Shown: one piece after another, positions 59,501-64,000 of the stretch | Position numbering within the stretch: the first letter of the stretch is position 1 | How the letters are laid out: each line of letters opens with the position of its first letter | IMG/VR virus record: IMGVR_UViG_3300035675_000006 | Origin: an uncultured virus (IMG/VR IMGVR_UViG_3300035675_000006) | Taxonomy: Duplodnaviria > Heunggongvirae > Uroviricota > Caudoviricetes | Reading direction: 5' to 3' (one strand) | Length of the DNA stretch: 64,000 nt | Translations under genes and position numbers: made by a program | Notes under the pieces: generated by a model | Database searches by the model: none | Seen by the model: only the letters and a program-made list of their open reading frames with translations | Told to the model about the DNA's origin: nothing

Positions 59501-62500
59501 CCTATCAGGTGCCGGGAGACCTGTTCTCTTTTTACTCGCACGTGAGAACCAACGCGTTCCAGATATGTCCACACACCTGCTGTGGACCGCAGGAGTACAT
59601 CCAGGCAGCCGAGCTGATTTACAATGAGGCGTTCAATCCCGGGAGAACCAAATGCATAAGCTGACGCTGCATGTCCACAATGAATACGTCGGCGTGTACG
59701 TCAGGGATTGCCACCGGGGCCCGGCTAACAGGATGCTGGCGGGCTGCTACTTGTTTCCTGATCACTTCGAGCCCATGTTTGAACGGTGCATTTACGAGTG
59801 CTGTGGCCCTGAAGAATACATACTTGCTGCCGAGATGGTGTACACGCATTTTCACGAACCCGAGAAGAGAAAGCGAGGTTAAACATGGGGTACATGAAGA
59901 CCTACGGCAAGATCAAGTGCGGCTTCTGTTACGAACTAATGAAAGTTGAGCACACTTGCACGGAAACATACAAGTGCACTGCAGGCAAATGTCCCAACTG
60001 CAAGGCTACTTTTTACTCGCAGACTAATTTCCCCAGCAGGTTCAAGGGCCACAGGATAGGTCCTGCGCCCAAACCCAAACCAAGAAAGAGAGTCTGACCA
60101 TGCCGCCCAAGAAAAAGACCAAGAAAGTCACGGAGTTTTACGGGCTGTACGACAAAAGCGCGGGAGAACTACAAGGCGGGCTCTACAAGACCGTCGCCGA
60201 GGCTGTCTCTGAAGCCGAAGACATATTCCAGGAAGCCGAAGAGAACGGCGAAGACGTCAAAGACAACTACACGAATTTCTACGTGGTCAAGATCACTCCC
60301 GTGGGCTACCTGGAACCTGAGATCACCAAGACAGTGGACGCGATACTGCACACGGACGAGAAGGACATGGGTTAGATGATCAAACTGTCAGTGATACCTA
60401 ACCGTGAGCTGATAAGCGTCAAGGACAACAAGAAGAGCATGACGCAACAGACCGCTCTGGTCCTGTATAACACTGAATGCAAGCGAACCAACGGGCCCAT
60501 CTCGCTGTATATGAAAAGCAAGTATGTCTGGGTCTGTTTCCCGTTCGATTCGCAAGGAGAAATATGCCCCGGCTGCGACATGGTCCTCGCGACTGAGATG
60601 CTTTTCACGGAACTCATGAATATCAAACATGCGGGAGAATGCACTGATGCCTGACACAGAAAGTGATTACGTGTTCTTCTACGAACCAGGCCAGTACCGG
60701 TTCGGCGTCAGACAGAAGGCCGCGGCCTGCAGCATAGCGATCTATCATTACGGCAACGCACGCGTGGACATCTGCTCTTTCTACAATCACGAGATCGGAA
60801 AGTGCCGGGTTTGCGGGACTACTCTCTTGCGCGATCAGCCAGGGTGCCGTGACATAGACTTCCTGCAGGTCCTGGAGCTCATGTACAACAAAGTCATGGA
60901 CACTGTCGAGAAACAGGAGGTGTGAGCCGTGTCCGTAAGCAAACATTGTGGCCTGTATCTGTTCAAACGCCAAAGTGAGATACGCATCCAGGCAAACAAG
61001 TACGTAGGCTGCTGGACACTCTGGTACGATCGCCTGGGGCGCCCGTCAGAGCACCAGATCTGCTGCAGCGCCATTGGCCTGGGCAACTGCAGGGACTGCC
61101 CGTACACGGCTCAGGACGTCATGACTGCTCTGGAAGTTTTCTACACGGAGATACTCAGGAGGCCCGACCATGCAGAAGCTTCTGCTGGCATACGAGAAGA
61201 ATAACAAGCTTGTGACTATCACGGTGCAAGGATGCAAACTTCTGGTGTACTATCCTGGATGCTTCAAGCAATACTCTTACGGGATCACCACGTGCTGCAG
61301 GTCAGCGCTCGGAGCTCCCGACGCTGACTTCTGCAGGCGCTGCGAGCCTGCCGATCTGGTCCAGGCTCTCGAGATGTTTTACACGCACATGCGAGGACAG
61401 CCATGCTGAGATCCATGAGGTTCGTAGTGACCGACATGCGCATAAACTTCTATAACAGCCACGACTGTCTCACATGCACGTGCCGCAGGTTCGAGCCCGA
61501 CGCGGGCCAGTGGCGCTTCTGCGCGCTCATAAATATGAACAGCTCTCTGTGCAGCCATCCGGAATACACATGCACAGGCCTGGACCTGATTGAAGTATGC
61601 GAGCTGCTCTTCGATGGCCTGCGCACGGGACAGATACCTTACGTGTATACGCGCCAGGACCTGGTAGCACAGATCAGGAGCGTGACATGTTCACCATAGT
61701 CACGCGTAACAGGCACTTCGGCGTGCTATATAATAAGTGCCCATTGCCATGCGCGGCCAAGCCCGACGACAGGCTCATACCTTGCGTGTGCACTATGGCC
61801 CACTACCGCATAGCCGTATGTCACAGGATACCTCGTGAAGACTACATAGCTCTGACCGAGTTCTTCATGGAATACCTCAGGAGCAAGTCATGCGAAAAGT
61901 CCAGATAAGGCTCGGAGTGTACGAAGTGTTCAGTTTTAGAGCGCCAATGTTCTGTCTCAAGCATCCGCACTGCATAGGAACGTGCCTGGTCGATGACAGG
62001 CTGTTCGGTCTCAACACATGCAGGCAAATAACCCAGTGCTCTCGCAAGGGCCTGGACCTGGTCGAGCTCGCCGAGTACATGCGCAACTATACAGGGAGAT
62101 AACATGGTACTTGAAATGCGCCGGACTCTGGACACCGAGCGACTGATGCTTCACACGCCACGCTGTCCGTATGTGTGCATGTCTACGAACAAAGACGGAC
62201 CGTGCAACCTGTTCGCCCTGTGCGTTTACACGTCACCGTGCCTTCTTGAGATAGCCGAGTACATAGCCAATCATGATTACTACGGTTTGGACTGGCCCGA
62301 GAATAGGAAAGGAACAAGCTGTGAGCCCAAGTGACAAGTACGCGCTCACTATGTCCTTTCAAGGCCTGGATGTCGTGTGCGTTAACAAGATGCTCCCTGA
62401 GCCGGCATGTCCTCTTGACTGCCTGAGATCCCATCCTGATACAACAGAATTTTCATATACGTACTGCATATATCTAACAGCCTGTTCGCGGATAGACCTG

Positions 62501-63186
62501 ATAGATCTGGCTGAGTGCCTGGGCAATCAGATCAGGAGCAAACCATGTTCGAAGTCCTGATACGCCATAACCGTTACGGCATCATGTACACGCAGTGTTC
62601 TCAGCCGTGCTGCGAAAAGTCTGAAGACATGGTCCTGGCCTGCGTCAGTATGTACCTTAACGACAAGAAAGAAGTGGGTGTGTGCAGAGCAGTGAACTAC
62701 GAGGCTCTGGTGAGTCTCGCCGAGTTCCTGCGCGGGCAGGTCAGGAACACGTCAGGGACTAGTCATGTTCCAGAAATCTAAATACGCGCATCTCTCGGAG
62801 GGCCTCTTCGTGACAACCTACAGCATGGACTGCGCCATCAAGGGCAAGCAGTGCTACGCGACCGTGTGCATGTGGTACATGCGCGGCATTCCCCAGCTGT
62901 GCTATCACCTGCAGGAGAGCCCCGAGGGCCTGCTCGAGCTTGCCGAGTTCCTTCGCAATAACTGCACTTATCCGAGGGACAAGTCATGTTCAAAGTAGTC
63001 GCGTACGCTCCAGACCTGCGCGTGTCATATGTGTCATGCGAGCATCACGACAAGTGTGCGTTTCATAACTTCTGCCTGTGCAGGAGCGCGTTCGAACCTC
63101 CACAGCCATGCAAGCACCTGCAGTTCAGGCCAGAGCTGCTTCTCGAGATTGCTGAGTACTTGAAGAATAACTGCAGATACCCGTAG
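56572..63186 (+). other. Run of about 25 tandem overlapping Cys-rich paralogs (family 2), 66-100 aa each
   Basis: C-terminal motifs such as DLIDLAEF, DWIELSELLRN, LLELAEFLRN, CCGPEEY..AAE, CPGCDM.LA.E..FTELM; AGGAG RBS in the preceding gene tail. Confidence 0.75.
60100..60375 (+). CDS. Hypothetical acidic protein
   Basis: ORF track. Confidence 0.6.
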   Translation: MPPKKKTKKVTEFYGLYDKSAGELQGGLYKTVAEAVSEAEDIFQEAEENGEDVKDNYTNFYVVKITPVGYLEPEITKTVDAILHTDEKDMG

Positions 63187-63205
63187 TGAACACAGGAGAA
63201 CAACC

Positions 63206-63862
63206 GTGGCCGAAAAGAAAGACCATGAACGCATCACCCGGGACATGACACTCAACGTGACGCAGTCCGCTCCTCCCGCGGGGACGACGCTGCTCACCGT
63301 CATGGACAACCGGGAAAGCCTAAGACATAATCTGTCCGAGCTTGAACCCAACGTCCCTGGAAAAATAGACGTCGATTACCACGTGCGCCCGGTCCTGGCG
63401 ATACGCATGCGCACCGTGCGGACGTACAGCAAAGTCATTTACCCGAACGAGATGGGTGCCTTCACGCCGAGAGCCAGGACAGAATCATGGACCACTCACA
63501 AAGAATACATGGACAACCACTGGTCAGTTCTTTTCGGAAACAACGAGTCGATTCTCATAAGTTTCCTGGTGCCCTCGATCATGTATGTCGACGAACCTTA
63601 CAGCTGGTCGGAACTCACCGAGGAAATACCCAACTACTGCGAGAATGAGGACGCGCCGGATTACATGTCTTTCAGTACGAACGTCATGCTGAGTTCACCG
63701 GACACATGTATCGTCAAGGCACAGCTGAAGAAGATCATGAAGCAGATACGTCCTGAAGGATACGCAGGCGACATCTGGTTCATAGACAAGGAGACGGGCG
63801 AAGAAACGCGTTTTATGCCTGACCCGAAAACCGTTCAGAAACAGCCAGAGAGCACGCCATGA
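63206..63862 (+). CDS. Hypothetical protein
   Basis: AGGAG RBS, GTG start. Confidence 0.6.
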   Translation: MAEKKDHERITRDMTLNVTQSAPPAGTTLLTVMDNRESLRHNLSELEPNVPGKIDVDYHVRPVLAIRMRTVRTYSKVIYPNEMGAFTPRARTESWTTHKEYMDNHWSVLFGNNESILISFLVPSIMYVDEPYSWSELTEEIPNYCENEDAPDYMSFSTNVMLSSPDTCIVKAQLKKIMKQIRPEGYAGDIWFIDKETGEETRFMPDPKTVQKQPESTP

Positions 63863-64000
63863 GATTGCTCATAGACAGCCCAGAGCTGGACAAGAAATAC
63901 CGGAACGTTATACGAGCGTGCGTAACAGCGCTAATAAGTAAGCACAAAACAGCCTACAGGGTTAGTCTGAAAACCGGGCTGAATCAAGGGACTATCTCGC

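Noticed and set aside
1..64000. Stop-codon reassignment
   Set aside because: Long core genes are intact under the standard code, all three stops are used, and no suppressor tRNA was seen

Overview
A 64-kb segment of a large (jumbo-type) tailed dsDNA phage genome, coding almost entirely on the + strand. It opens with a coupled gene run: primase-helicase, UDG-fused family A DNA polymerase, terminase large subunit, retron-type reverse transcriptase (RT). It also encodes dNMP kinase, class II RNR, a metacaspase, repair enzymes, a WGR-ligase, a sigma factor, a glycan-modification cluster, tmRNA, 10 tRNAs, two permuted tRNA-like (YrlA-like) modules, and about 50 small Cys-rich paralogs. Main finding: about 25 retron-like msr-msd ncRNA units in four clusters (8.5, 16.7-17.2, 18.7-19.4 and 24.4-26.6 kb), the first just downstream of the RT. 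Each unit has co-varying terminal inverted repeats with a G-G apposition, a G-NNA-C triloop hairpin and a unique payload. Payloads include natural restriction-site polylinkers, PAS-like repeats and an antisense collagen-repeat fragment. I infer a one-RT/many-msDNA system, possibly producing DNA decoys. All calls come from manual motif reading; no searches were run.
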